Source: a virus. Taken from it: 64,000 nt of DNA. Of this stretch, positions 40,694 to 50,386 are shown piece after piece (positions within the stretch are counted from its first letter, which is position 1; each line of letters opens with the position of its first letter). Location of the stretch: positions 3,357 through 67,356 of the IMG/VR virus record IMGVR_UViG_3300031227_000001; one strand, written 5' to 3'. The notes beneath the pieces are model-generated. The model saw only the letters and a program-made list of their open reading frames with translations. It ran no database searches and was not told where the DNA came from. A program made the translations under genes and the position numbers.

Positions 40694-42172
40694 GTGCCAA
40701 AGACAGACAAGTATGCGCTATTCCAGCTTACATACAGAGACGATCCCGTTGGATTCATGCGCGATTGCATTGAGTGGCCCAAGGCGACGGGGCCAGCACC
40801 TTACCAAGACGAGATACTAAGAACGTTACCGATCGAAAAGCGCGTGGCGGTCAGGGGGCCACACGGACTAGGCAAGACGGCACTAGCGGCGATAGTCGTA
40901 TTATGGTTTGCCCTAACGAGAGACGGCGAGGATTGGAAGGTACTAACTACGGCCAGCGCTTTTCGGCAACTGGACAAATTCTTGTGGCCGGAAATACACA
41001 AGTGGGCTAGACGCCTCCGCTGGGACAAGATATGCCGCCCGCCCTTTAATAGCCGAACAGAACTAATGAAGTTGAGCTTGCAATTGAGCACCGGCCAGGC
41101 GTTTGCCTTGTCTAGTGATGATCCGAATAGCATCGAGGGGGCGCACGCCGAATCGCTCTGCTACGTATTCGACGAAGCCAAGGCAATACCGGACGGCATC
41201 TGGGATAGCGCGGAGGGCGCGTTTGCATCTCCCGACACTGCCGAGGTCCTTGCGCTGGCAATCTCAACACCAGGGCCTACGTCTGGTAGATTCTATGAGA
41301 TTCATACCCGCAAGGCCGGCACCGAGAACTGGTGGCCGCGTCACGTTACGCTAGACGAATCAATCAGTGCGGGGCGTATCTCTCGAAGCTGGGCAGAGCA
41401 ATGTGAGCGCTTGTGGGGCGAGGATGATGCCAGATACAAGAACCGCGTGCTAGGCGAATTCGCAGCACAAGACGAGACCGGAGTCATACCGCTGGCCTGG
41501 ATAGAAGCCGCAAATGGACGATGGGAGGACTGGCGAGACGAGGGATTCCCTGGGCGAATGACAACTATTGGGGTAGACATGGGCGGCGGCGGCGAGGGCG
41601 GCGACAAGAGCGTGCTAGCGATAGTTTATGATGGCGTAAAGGTAAAAGAATTGCGCAGCTATGGCTTGGCGAATGATCCGCATACGGCGAGTATGGAAAT
41701 CGTAGGGCGCATCAGAGGCGCAGTCCAGGCGGGGGCGCTGATCATACCAGATGCACAAGGGGTAGGGGCGGGGGCCTATAACAGGCTGGCAGAGCTGGGC
41801 CACAACGTAACGCCGTTTATCGCCTCATTCGGGACGGGCCTGCGCGATGCGGCTGACGAGATGGGCTTTGTCAATTGGCGCAGCGCAATGTGGTGGATAG
41901 GCCGAGAGATGCTAACGCCGGATAGCGGATTCGACATTTGCCTACCGCCAGATGACGACCTAACGGGCGACCTGTGCGCTCCCAAGTACAGAGTAGTTAG
42001 CGGGGGGCGATACCAGATTGAGAGCAAAGACGCGGTGCGCAAGCGGATAAAGAGAAGCACGGACAGCGCAGACGCGGTGCTTCAGGCATTGGTGGGGCCA
42101 GCTCTGGCTAGAGAGAGGGCGCAGGGCGGCGAGACAATGGGCAAATTAGTTTACGATCCGGTTAGATTTTAG
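40694..42172 (+). CDS. terL: Terminase large subunit
   Basis: Walker A GPHGLGKT, Walker B VFDEA, ISTP, nuclease GVD and STDSADA; frame open from 40613. Confidence 0.92.
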   Translation: MPKTDKYALFQLTYRDDPVGFMRDCIEWPKATGPAPYQDEILRTLPIEKRVAVRGPHGLGKTALAAIVVLWFALTRDGEDWKVLTTASAFRQLDKFLWPEIHKWARRLRWDKICRPPFNSRTELMKLSLQLSTGQAFALSSDDPNSIEGAHAESLCYVFDEAKAIPDGIWDSAEGAFASPDTAEVLALAISTPGPTSGRFYEIHTRKAGTENWWPRHVTLDESISAGRISRSWAEQCERLWGEDDARYKNRVLGEFAAQDETGVIPLAWIEAANGRWEDWRDEGFPGRMTTIGVDMGGGGEGGDKSVLAIVYDGVKVKELRSYGLANDPHTASMEIVGRIRGAVQAGALIIPDAQGVGAGAYNRLAELGHNVTPFIASFGTGLRDAADEMGFVNWRSAMWWIGREMLTPDSGFDICLPPDDDLTGDLCAPKYRVVSGGRYQIESKDAVRKRIKRSTDSADAVLQALVGPALARERAQGGETMGKLVYDPVRF

Positions 42173-42183
42173 AGGGGGAGATC

Positions 42184-42678
42184 ATGAATGAGTGTTATGA
42201 TTGTCGGCAATATCACCAACTTGACGCAGAATGCGGATACTGTGATGTTATAGAGGATAGGGTTCGTGGCGCCGGCGTTTGTGGCAAGTGGGAGGCGAAG
42301 GCCGGAAAGAAGACGTGTAGTAATTGTCGCTTTTTCCGCGCTGGCACCGATACATGGGGGCGGTGCATATCATACAGCGGGATAAATGCGGGCGTTTTCG
42401 AGCACGAGGGGCCGTGTTCCGCGTGGGAGGCTATTGAGGAAATACCGCCAGAGCCGCCGCATCAAGAGTGGCACGTTGCAGACGTAAATCTACTCTATAG
42501 TGAGCTGGCCGAATTGCTGGGCATAAAAGGCAGAATCTTGTCGGTAGAGCCAATTAGGGATAGAATAGGGGCTGTGAAAATTCGAGTAGAGCATCCGGCG
42601 CTAGAGGGCTATGCCGAGGGCTCTGTGCCTCGTTGCATGGGGATAGACGAACTGCGGGAGATGATTGGCAATGAATAA
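42184..42678 (+). CDS. Cys-rich repeat protein (paralogue family)
   Basis: Two CxxC...C...CxxWEA modules. Confidence 0.6.
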   Translation: MNECYDCRQYHQLDAECGYCDVIEDRVRGAGVCGKWEAKAGKKTCSNCRFFRAGTDTWGRCISYSGINAGVFEHEGPCSAWEAIEEIPPEPPHQEWHVADVNLLYSELAELLGIKGRILSVEPIRDRIGAVKIRVEHPALEGYAEGSVPRCMGIDELREMIGNE

Positions 42679-43036
42679 GATATGTGGGAACTGTGGGCGT
42701 TATAAGGTCAACCATCTTCCTAGCGGATTGGGAGCATGTTTCTTGAGCGACGTTGTGGTGCGCTCTTATTTTTGCGATGCCGCTTGTGATAAGTGGGAGG
42801 CAAAAGTTGGGCCGCCAGATACGACGGGGCGGACGTGGCCAATGAAGCCCCGGCGTTGCAAGCGCATTGGTTATCATCACATCTATTCAGATGAACGCGG
42901 GCGATTCCGTCACCTGTGGACGCCACGCCAATGTCGTCTAATGAACATCCTGGACTTTCGCTACTGGGGCTGCGATTGTGGCTACATAGCCCCTTACGGG
43001 TTGGTTATATTTGCGGGCTGCAAGAAACATGATTAG
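42671..43036 (+). CDS. Cys-rich protein (paralogue family)
   Basis: KICGNC...C...CDKWEA. Confidence 0.55.
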   Translation: MNKICGNCGRYKVNHLPSGLGACFLSDVVVRSYFCDAACDKWEAKVGPPDTTGRTWPMKPRRCKRIGYHHIYSDERGRFRHLWTPRQCRLMNILDFRYWGCDCGYIAPYGLVIFAGCKKHD

Positions 43037-43045
43037 GAGTAACAC

Positions 43046-44650
43046 ATGGCAAGTTTACGAAAGATAAGACAAAGCGCACGAGAGACGTTATCTAGACTGC
43101 GCACGACAAACGAGGAATTCAAGGCCACACGGATTAGAGCAGCGGCGTTCAATCACGCCTACAATGAAGCGCCGTGGCAATTCACGCGCAACGGGCTACT
43201 GCAAGAGATTGACCCTGGTACATGGGACCACCTCCAGCAGATGCAAGGTTGGGAGCAGATGTTTTCATTGGGCGGCGAGGCTGTTGGCACAGACGAACAA
43301 GATCGATTGCGCCAGGTCACGCAGAGCCGATACGCCTACCGCACTAACGCCTACATCAAGCGCATGGTGCAAATGTGGACAGACTTTGCCTTTGGGCTAC
43401 GGGTAGAGATTCTTATTGATGACGACAAAGCACAAGAAGTATGGAACGAATGCTGGACGTCCAGGGATAACCGAGCCATATTCGGGCCGCGCAACCTGAG
43501 CAAGAACAGCAACATTTTGCTAGTTGACGGAGAGATATTCTATACGGCCTTTGGTGATGTTGTTACGGGCCTTGTCAAATGGCGGCGAGTAGCTACAGAA
43601 GAGATCACCGCTGTCGTCACAGAGCCAGGCGACACGGATGTAAACGTGCTATACCGGCGCACGTCAACCAAGGGTACTGTAACTAAAACGCGCTACTACA
43701 AGGACACAGCTGCTGAGGACAAGGCCATTGCAGACGCGCAAGGCAAGATCAAATGGGATAGTGCTATACTAAAGGCCGAGGATGAGAACACGGCTACGGA
43801 CGTATACATGATGCATGTGCCGTTCAACACGCTGACGAAACGCGGCCGGCCGATGACCTCGACAAGCATCCCCTGGGCGCGGGCTGATGAGGAGTTTCTG
43901 CTAAACCGCGTAACCCTGAGCAGAGCCGTAGCGACGTTCTTTGAGGACATCGAAACAAAGGGCGGCAGTCGCGGGATAGGCGCCGTGCGGACATATATGC
44001 AATCGGCGCTAAATTATAGCAACTATTCCGAGACGAACCCGCCGCCGCCAGTAGGATCGCCGCTGGTACACAACGAGGCCGTATCGCGCAAACGAATGCC
44101 ACTGTCCACGGGGGCCAGCGACGCCTCCACAGACAGCATGATCTTGACAAGCATGGTCGGGCTGGGCATGGGCGTTCCTCCTCACTGGCTGGGCAGGCCA
44201 GACGCAATGCAGAATCGCGCCGTGGCACGAGAGCTATTATTGCCGACAATGAGACAATGGCGACGATACCAGCTGTTCTGGCGCAGCGTGTTTGAGGACA
44301 TCGTAAGGTTCACGCTAAAGATGCGCTCGGAGTATCCCGCAGGCAACGGCCTAACCTTTGCTGACAAGCTAAATATAGACGTGACGCTGGACAGCCCCAT
44401 TGACGCCGAATTCAAGGACGTTATCGAGGGCGTGGTAGACGTATTCGATAGGGGGCTGCTAGATGCCAAGCTGCTGACTAGAATCATAGCGCGACTGCCA
44501 GAGTTTGGGTTGACGGACATAGACGAGATCGTATCTGCAATGTATCCAGAAACAGAACAGGCCGAGACGCTGCAAACACTCAAGGACTTGCTGGGTGAGG
44601 GGAGCGTGGCAGAGTCGTTAGAGGTGATCAAAGAGATACTAGGAGAATAG
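43046..44650 (+). CDS. Portal protein
   Basis: 534 aa downstream of terL; DGE.F, RG.P, G.P.HW.G....N.A.A motifs. Confidence 0.8.
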   Translation: MASLRKIRQSARETLSRLRTTNEEFKATRIRAAAFNHAYNEAPWQFTRNGLLQEIDPGTWDHLQQMQGWEQMFSLGGEAVGTDEQDRLRQVTQSRYAYRTNAYIKRMVQMWTDFAFGLRVEILIDDDKAQEVWNECWTSRDNRAIFGPRNLSKNSNILLVDGEIFYTAFGDVVTGLVKWRRVATEEITAVVTEPGDTDVNVLYRRTSTKGTVTKTRYYKDTAAEDKAIADAQGKIKWDSAILKAEDENTATDVYMMHVPFNTLTKRGRPMTSTSIPWARADEEFLLNRVTLSRAVATFFEDIETKGGSRGIGAVRTYMQSALNYSNYSETNPPPPVGSPLVHNEAVSRKRMPLSTGASDASTDSMILTSMVGLGMGVPPHWLGRPDAMQNRAVARELLLPTMRQWRRYQLFWRSVFEDIVRFTLKMRSEYPAGNGLTFADKLNIDVTLDSPIDAEFKDVIEGVVDVFDRGLLDAKLLTRIIARLPEFGLTDIDEIVSAMYPETEQAETLQTLKDLLGEGSVAESLEVIKEILGE

Positions 44651-44659
44651 GGGGAGATC

Positions 44660-45106
44660 ATGAAAAGGGTATGTGGGGACTGCGTACATTGTAGGGCCGC
44701 TACAGAGACGGAGTTGGCGTATTGCACAAAACGAGAGAAGGACATTGTATTGGCGTCGGTTCATAATGCTTGCGATGATTGGGAGGCGGGCACAAAGCGA
44801 TGTGCAAACTGTAAGCATCTCGTACCAAAAGGCAGGGGAGAAGTTTGCTTACTAGAAACCAGGGCAGCATGGCAGAATCCGTCTGATCTTGCCTGCCCCA
44901 AGTGGGAGCTGGCCGACAAAGCCCCCACGCTTTTTGTGCGATATACCCATGATGAAATAGTAGATGTATTGGGCCTGCCACCGGGGGGCCAGCTAATGTG
45001 GATTAAGTTTGATCGCGATAAGGGCGTGCTGATAAACTATGACCATCCCAATCCCGTGCCAACAAGCGACATGGGCGCTAGGGCGTGGGGCTATCAAATA
45101 ACGTAG
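44660..45106 (+). CDS. Cys-rich repeat protein (paralogue family)
   Basis: CGDC..C..CDDWEA and CANC..C..CPKWE. Confidence 0.6.
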   Translation: MKRVCGDCVHCRAATETELAYCTKREKDIVLASVHNACDDWEAGTKRCANCKHLVPKGRGEVCLLETRAAWQNPSDLACPKWELADKAPTLFVRYTHDEIVDVLGLPPGGQLMWIKFDRDKGVLINYDHPNPVPTSDMGARAWGYQIT

Positions 45107-45116
45107 GGGGGAGATC

Positions 45117-45416
45117 GTGAACGACGAAAGTAAGATATGTGGGAATTGCTGGCACGCCAGCATTACAGACGTTTGTAACAAAGTGCGCTGCGCAAAGCGA
45201 GAGGGCCTGCTAGTTAGGGAAAGTGCCCCCTCATGTAAGAGCTGGAGGGATGCGCACAGAAAAATGTGCTTTACGTGTAAACATCTGGGATGGGCGCGCC
45301 GGCCTATGGATGGCACGGATCGGGAAGTGTGTATGGTGTGTGTGGCGCGAGATTCGATGATTGTCAATCGCTATGACCCCGCTTGTGGAAGCTGGGAGGA
45401 AGCGGTTGATGACTGA
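45117..45416 (+). CDS. Cys-rich repeat protein (paralogue family)
   Basis: KICGNC..C..CKSW and CFTC..C..CGSWEE. Confidence 0.6.
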   Translation: MNDESKICGNCWHASITDVCNKVRCAKREGLLVRESAPSCKSWRDAHRKMCFTCKHLGWARRPMDGTDREVCMVCVARDSMIVNRYDPACGSWEEAVDD

Positions 45417-45626
45417 AACTACGAGACTAGTCAAGAAGGTTGAGGCAAACAAGAGCATCTTTGACAGCGACGTGTTCAAGCGATTGAGCATGGAGGTGCT
45501 TGGCTCGTGGGATGCCGAATTCGCAAAGCTAGGCATCGAGGAACACGCGACACTGGCGCAGAATGTACACGGCGTGCTGATACTGGGCTACATGGCTGGA
45601 TATGAGGCGGGGAGGAAAAGCAAGTA

Positions 45627-46244
45627 ATGCTACGTATTGGTTGGTTGCGCGAGGCGCGGCGCAAAGCGAGCTACTTCAAATCCTTTCGCATGAATATTCG
45701 CGCTAACGTGCGTGCTTTGTGGAAAGGCTACTGGACGCCAGACCAATTCGACACGCAAATGCGGCGCTCGCTAGAGGTAGGCTACACCGCTGCATGGTAC
45801 GAAGGCGCAAAAGAGATGGGCGTATTGCCAGACGAACTCACGGCAGAAGAGATAGCGGCGCTGAACGCAGCTATAGCCCAGAACAGCGCGCATATCGAGC
45901 GATTTGCGCAGACTATACGAGAGAAGAGTCAGGCCAACGGGGGCAAGCTGACGCCTTTGTTGAAAAGAAGCGATATGTGGGTAAATCGTTATCATGACGT
46001 CAAGAATCAGGCGCGGCTTATGGCGGGCGCAGATCAAAAGCTAAAGTGGGTTTTGGGCAATAACATCGATCATTGCAGATCGTGTCTTAAGCAGGCGGGG
46101 CGAGTTTATCGGGGTAGCATCTGGACAAAGTATGGCGTAAGAACGCAGTCGCCAAATCTTGCCTGTGGGGGGTGGAATTGCCATTGTGACCAGATACCCA
46201 CAGATGAGCCAGTGACGCCAGGGAGACCACCGAGTATACCGTAA
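45627..46244 (+). CDS. Minor head morphogenesis (MuF-like) protein
   Basis: KW....HC.SC...G..Y.....C...C.C C-terminal motif; location after portal. Confidence 0.6.
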   Translation: MLRIGWLREARRKASYFKSFRMNIRANVRALWKGYWTPDQFDTQMRRSLEVGYTAAWYEGAKEMGVLPDELTAEEIAALNAAIAQNSAHIERFAQTIREKSQANGGKLTPLLKRSDMWVNRYHDVKNQARLMAGADQKLKWVLGNNIDHCRSCLKQAGRVYRGSIWTKYGVRTQSPNLACGGWNCHCDQIPTDEPVTPGRPPSIP

Positions 46245-47855
46245 GAATGAAAAAGCTACATCCCGACGGGACAATCAAGGAATATCCCGAAAGCATAAGC
46301 GATGACTGGCTTATTCATGATATGGAATGGGAAGAGCATGAGCAGCCGATCATACAATGTGATTGTGGCTCGGAGAGTTTTCGCGTGGCATGGTGGGACT
46401 ATCCCTATACGGGCGGCTATTGCAAGATTACATGTACAGAATGCGGCAAGAGTCGAGAGTTGATTGACGACTACGGATAGAAGGGAGATCGACATGTTTG
46501 GGAGATTGAGGAAAGCGCGAGAATCACTGATTATTGGGCTAGAGGCGCAGCTAGAAAAGCAACAGGATACGCTTTGTAATGTCAGAGACGAATTGCACAT
46601 TGCGAAGTGTGCAGCCAGAGATGCAGAGTGGAAGGTAGAGAATTTGATTAAATCTCTAGCTGATAGTAGGCAAGAGAAAAAGGCCACGATCGAAGCCTTT
46701 CGGGAGCAGCTGGGCGACTGGCGCGTTTACGATAGCGCGCCTATCTGGGTCGTGCGTTATCTCGGCGCGCTACGCACAGAAGTTGTCATTATATGCGCAG
46801 AGTCTGCGCATATGGCAGCCAGGGTTTTTAGTAGCCAGTGGCCTGCTCGCACGATAGTATATGTGGGTAGTGCCGTAGACGAAGCCACAATGATGGCTAT
46901 TCTTATGCGGGGCGAGGGCCGGGCGATAGGGGAGGACGAAGAATGTTTGGTAAACTAAAGAGAGCGAAAAGGCGAATTGCGTATTTGGAGCGGCAACTGG
47001 ATGATGTGAAGAGCGCGACAATCTACGCGCCCGGCAATGTGCCAGCACTTGTCAACGACTATAAAATTGAGGTGTGTGGGGAACATGTGGCCGAATGGGA
47101 GCGAGGACTGATTGGCAAGACGTTCACTTGTGTAGTGTTGCGACGCGGGCTTGTGTTTGACGAACATTACAAGGCGCGGCCAGAGTCGCTAGAAATTCGG
47201 CTTATTGAAGAGGCAAGGCCATGCGGCGTTCAGGCAACGGTATGGGAATTCCAGCATATCGATACGGGCAAGCAGAAATATGTTGTGCGGCTAGACGGGG
47301 TAGATGCGGGGCAGTATGGCAAGGCGCTTATAGGCAAAACGGTTCGTATTGAAGGGAAAGATGACCGCGAGATTGCGCACGACGCATCTCTCTGCACGCT
47401 AGATTTGTATCCTATCGAGGAGGCCAAATGAGAGCACCAATAGCACTAGCCTGCATAGACGGCCAGATCACGGCAAAGATGATCGGCGCACTTGGCGTGG
47501 ACATAGACGGCTGGTTAGAGAGGCTCGACGGCCAGACGTTTACCATTCGATGCGCGGGCATTGATCTAGTAAACAATTCGATGACATTCGATCAGCGCGT
47601 CAATCCAAAGGTGGTGACGCTGGAACTGGTAGGGTGCAATGAATGACGACCGGCAGTGGCAGTCATTGCTAAAACGACTACAAGCCGTCGCACGGGAGGA
47701 CGGCAAATACAAAGGCGCGGCAGTGCTGAGCGTCAGGATGGTACTTGTGGGGGGCGAGCTGCGGGGCTGGGCAACGCCGATACTGACGGCCTACGAGCCG
47801 AGAGAAGACTCAGACGCGATCCTGGCCGCGCTGGACAAAGTGACTTGATGCGCAC

Positions 47856-47884
47856 TTGACAGAATAAACAATCTGTGCTATAAT
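47856..47884 (+). promoter_or_regulatory. sigma70 promoter upstream of head/tail operon
   Basis: TTGACA-17-TATAAT with TG extension. Confidence 0.8.
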
Positions 47885-47958
47885 GTGAGCACTTGACATA
47901 GCGTGTCAAATGCACTATGATTGAGCTAGAATAATCTAATATATTCGCCGTATCAAAT

Positions 47959-47997
47959 GGCGTTCACGTCTCATACCGAGGCGGGAGCGCCTTTTTT
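47959..47997 (+). terminator. Intrinsic terminator in late leader
   Basis: GGCGTTC-ACGTCTC..GAGGCG-GGAGCGCC stem followed by T6. Confidence 0.65.
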
Positions 47998-48015
47998 GCG
48001 TTAAGGGGGCAAAGT

Positions 48016-48462
48016 ATGGCCTTTGGTGACCAGGGAAGTTTTACCGATTCTGTCGTGCGCGTTCGGGCAATTGCGGTCATTGCTGCTGCTCCGCTTGTAT
48101 TTACAGGATGGACATCTTGTCAGGACAAAGAATGGCTTACGTTCTATATGGAATATGAGCGTGGCGCGGTAGGCGGCGCGGTAACGTTCTCGGTGCAATA
48201 TCGCCTCTCGCGGTATCTGGGCGCATACGTGCAATCAGCACTAGCTGTTGGGGCCGTGGCGGTAAACGCAGATACCACCTCCAACATACAGAGAGAGTTG
48301 CTTGTTTACGGGGCTACAGCAGCAGGGGCCGAAGGATTCATTTACGGGCCTATCCGGCTAGGCGGCTGCATTGAGGATTTCCGAGTCGGCTTTTATGAAT
48401 CAGGGGTCGCTGGAACACCTGGCGACTTTGGCATAGACGCGCAGATGGGAGATAGGGCCTAG
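48016..48462 (+). CDS. Putative virion protein
   Basis: First ORF after late promoter, beta-rich composition. Confidence 0.5.
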   Translation: MAFGDQGSFTDSVVRVRAIAVIAAAPLVFTGWTSCQDKEWLTFYMEYERGAVGGAVTFSVQYRLSRYLGAYVQSALAVGAVAVNADTTSNIQRELLVYGATAAGAEGFIYGPIRLGGCIEDFRVGFYESGVAGTPGDFGIDAQMGDRA

Positions 48463-49913
48463 TGCTAGGCCCAACGAACATATCACGAATTAGCCGACAC
48501 GAAGAGATGTTTGGCGGCGCTATCTGGTATGTAAACACCACGACGGGCAATGACGATAATCCTGGCACAAGCCCGCAATCGCCATATGTCACAATCGGCG
48601 CGGGCATAGCATCGGCGGCGGCGGGTGATGCGATAAGCGTCAAGCAGGGCACATACGACGAGGCCGGACTTGCTTTGACGCTCGACGGCATGGAATTGTG
48701 GTGCGAAATAGGCGTCATTATCCTCGACACGACGGGCTCGGCGCAAACCCTGCTCGTCTCAGGCGATCATTGTCGAGTCCGGGGCCTAGTAGTTGACCAG
48801 GCCGGGCAGGTCGGGATAAGGGTCACGGGGAACGGCGGCTGGCTTGAGGACACAGTTGTTTCCGCATCTACGGTCGCCTTTAGTATCGAGGGCAACGGCA
48901 TTGTCATCGTTCGCACTTCGGCGGGCTCGTTTACGACCACCGGCTATGATTTCAGCGGTGCGAGGTGCTTGCTGATTTTGGCGGCGGCAGTTGGCGGGGG
49001 AGGCGCGGTGCGTGGAGTCTGCCTGTCCGCCGACACCGCTAGCTATAACACCTTGCGCGATATGAGCGTTTCGGGCTGCTTGACGGCGTCATACGAGATC
49101 GTGGCTGGGGCCAACTACAACAGCATCTTAAGCTGCGCGGTCGCGGGCGGCTGCGGCCCGACTGTGGATTCTGGGCAATTCAATGGCTGGGCGGATTTTG
49201 AAGGGCAATGCGATGTGTGGCCGCACGAACACATCTATCCCGTAGGTGACGGCGAGGGTACAGCGGTAACGTGGGGGGCGATTAGTTCTCAGGCGCAGGA
49301 CGAGACGAACGCGGCAACGACCGCAAAAGATTATTGGGGCGAGCCAACGATTATGACTCCCCGCGCAACACTGACCCAAGGGTTCGTCGTAGCAGGATTC
49401 TTTGTGCTCACGGCGACGGCAGCCAAGAACACACAATACCAGTTCCTAAGCGCGCCTCCACAGTGGGGATCGGCGCGAAACGGGGGCAATGTCTGGGACG
49501 AAGGGGCTCTGGCGCTTACCGTTGATGACGGCACGCTATTTGGGGACGGCGACCTTTGCGTCGTCTATAGCGATTATGAAGTCGAGGTCGTACGAGTAGA
49601 CGGTGCGCCTGCCGGCAACGTCGTGACCATCGAGCGCGAGGCGTCGCAATTCGGTGCGCCGAATACCGGCCTACGCTGGAATCACACTACCAACGATCCT
49701 GGCACTGAGGTTTTATACGTCGTGGAGAGGCCGGGAGTGCCGGAGCTGCACTCAAACAGGGGAATGTACCTAACTCTGGCCGCATCCATTCAGCCGCGCC
49801 AGGACTTTTACGAGCCGATGCCCAAGGACGCTAACGAGTTTGTGATCATGCGCGTTGTGAACCTGACAGACGTTGCCGATCTGGCCATGACGGCGTCACT
49901 GATCTACTGTTAG
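48462..49913 (+). CDS. Right-handed beta-helix virion protein
   Basis: WYVN..GND.N.G....PY.TI..G......GD.I....G.Y.E N-terminus typical of pectin-lyase-like folds. Confidence 0.65.
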   Translation: MLGPTNISRISRHEEMFGGAIWYVNTTTGNDDNPGTSPQSPYVTIGAGIASAAAGDAISVKQGTYDEAGLALTLDGMELWCEIGVIILDTTGSAQTLLVSGDHCRVRGLVVDQAGQVGIRVTGNGGWLEDTVVSASTVAFSIEGNGIVIVRTSAGSFTTTGYDFSGARCLLILAAAVGGGGAVRGVCLSADTASYNTLRDMSVSGCLTASYEIVAGANYNSILSCAVAGGCGPTVDSGQFNGWADFEGQCDVWPHEHIYPVGDGEGTAVTWGAISSQAQDETNAATTAKDYWGEPTIMTPRATLTQGFVVAGFFVLTATAAKNTQYQFLSAPPQWGSARNGGNVWDEGALALTVDDGTLFGDGDLCVVYSDYEVEVVRVDGAPAGNVVTIEREASQFGAPNTGLRWNHTTNDPGTEVLYVVERPGVPELHSNRGMYLTLAASIQPRQDFYEPMPKDANEFVIMRVVNLTDVADLAMTASLIYC

Positions 49914-49954
49914 CGGGGAACGCTAAAAGTGCGCGCGATATATTAGGAGACAAC

Positions 49955-50041
49955 ATGCCTAGACGAGATGGAACGGGGCCAACAGGTAGAGGGCCGAGGA
50001 CGGGTAGAGGTAGTGGGCCGTGTCCGAGGCGGAGACAGTAG
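49955..50041 (+). CDS. 28-aa basic peptide, DUF5320-like
   Basis: SD AGGAG; MPRRDGTGPTGRGPRTGRGSGPC. Confidence 0.55.
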   Translation: MPRRDGTGPTGRGPRTGRGSGPCPRRRQ

Positions 50042-50152
50042 ATGGCTAAGAAAAAGAGATCATGCCCTGGCAGCAAGATTCGCAGCGGCGGCAAGGGCAA
50101 GGGATTAGGCCGTGGCAAGGGCAAGGGGCCGATAGGCAGACCAAAGAAGTGA
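50042..50152 (+). CDS. 36-aa Lys/Gly-rich peptide
   Basis: MAKKKRSCPGSKIRSGGKGKGLGRGKGKGPIGRPKK, abutting upstream stop. Confidence 0.45.
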   Translation: MAKKKRSCPGSKIRSGGKGKGLGRGKGKGPIGRPKK

Positions 50153-50386
50153 TAGAGGTCATTCTGGATGATGTCACGCCGGCGTTACAAGAGGCGGCAA
50201 CATTCAAGACGTTAGCACAGAGATTGATGCGCGATATGGACGCACTATTGGCAACGAAGGACGTGCCGCCAAAGTTGCGCACGATGATAACGGATATGCG
50301 GCGCGAACTCAAGCGCACGTGGAAAGACCTAAAAGACGAAGCGGTGGCATGGCAGATGTGGCGCGAAGTCGAAATAGAGGTGAACA

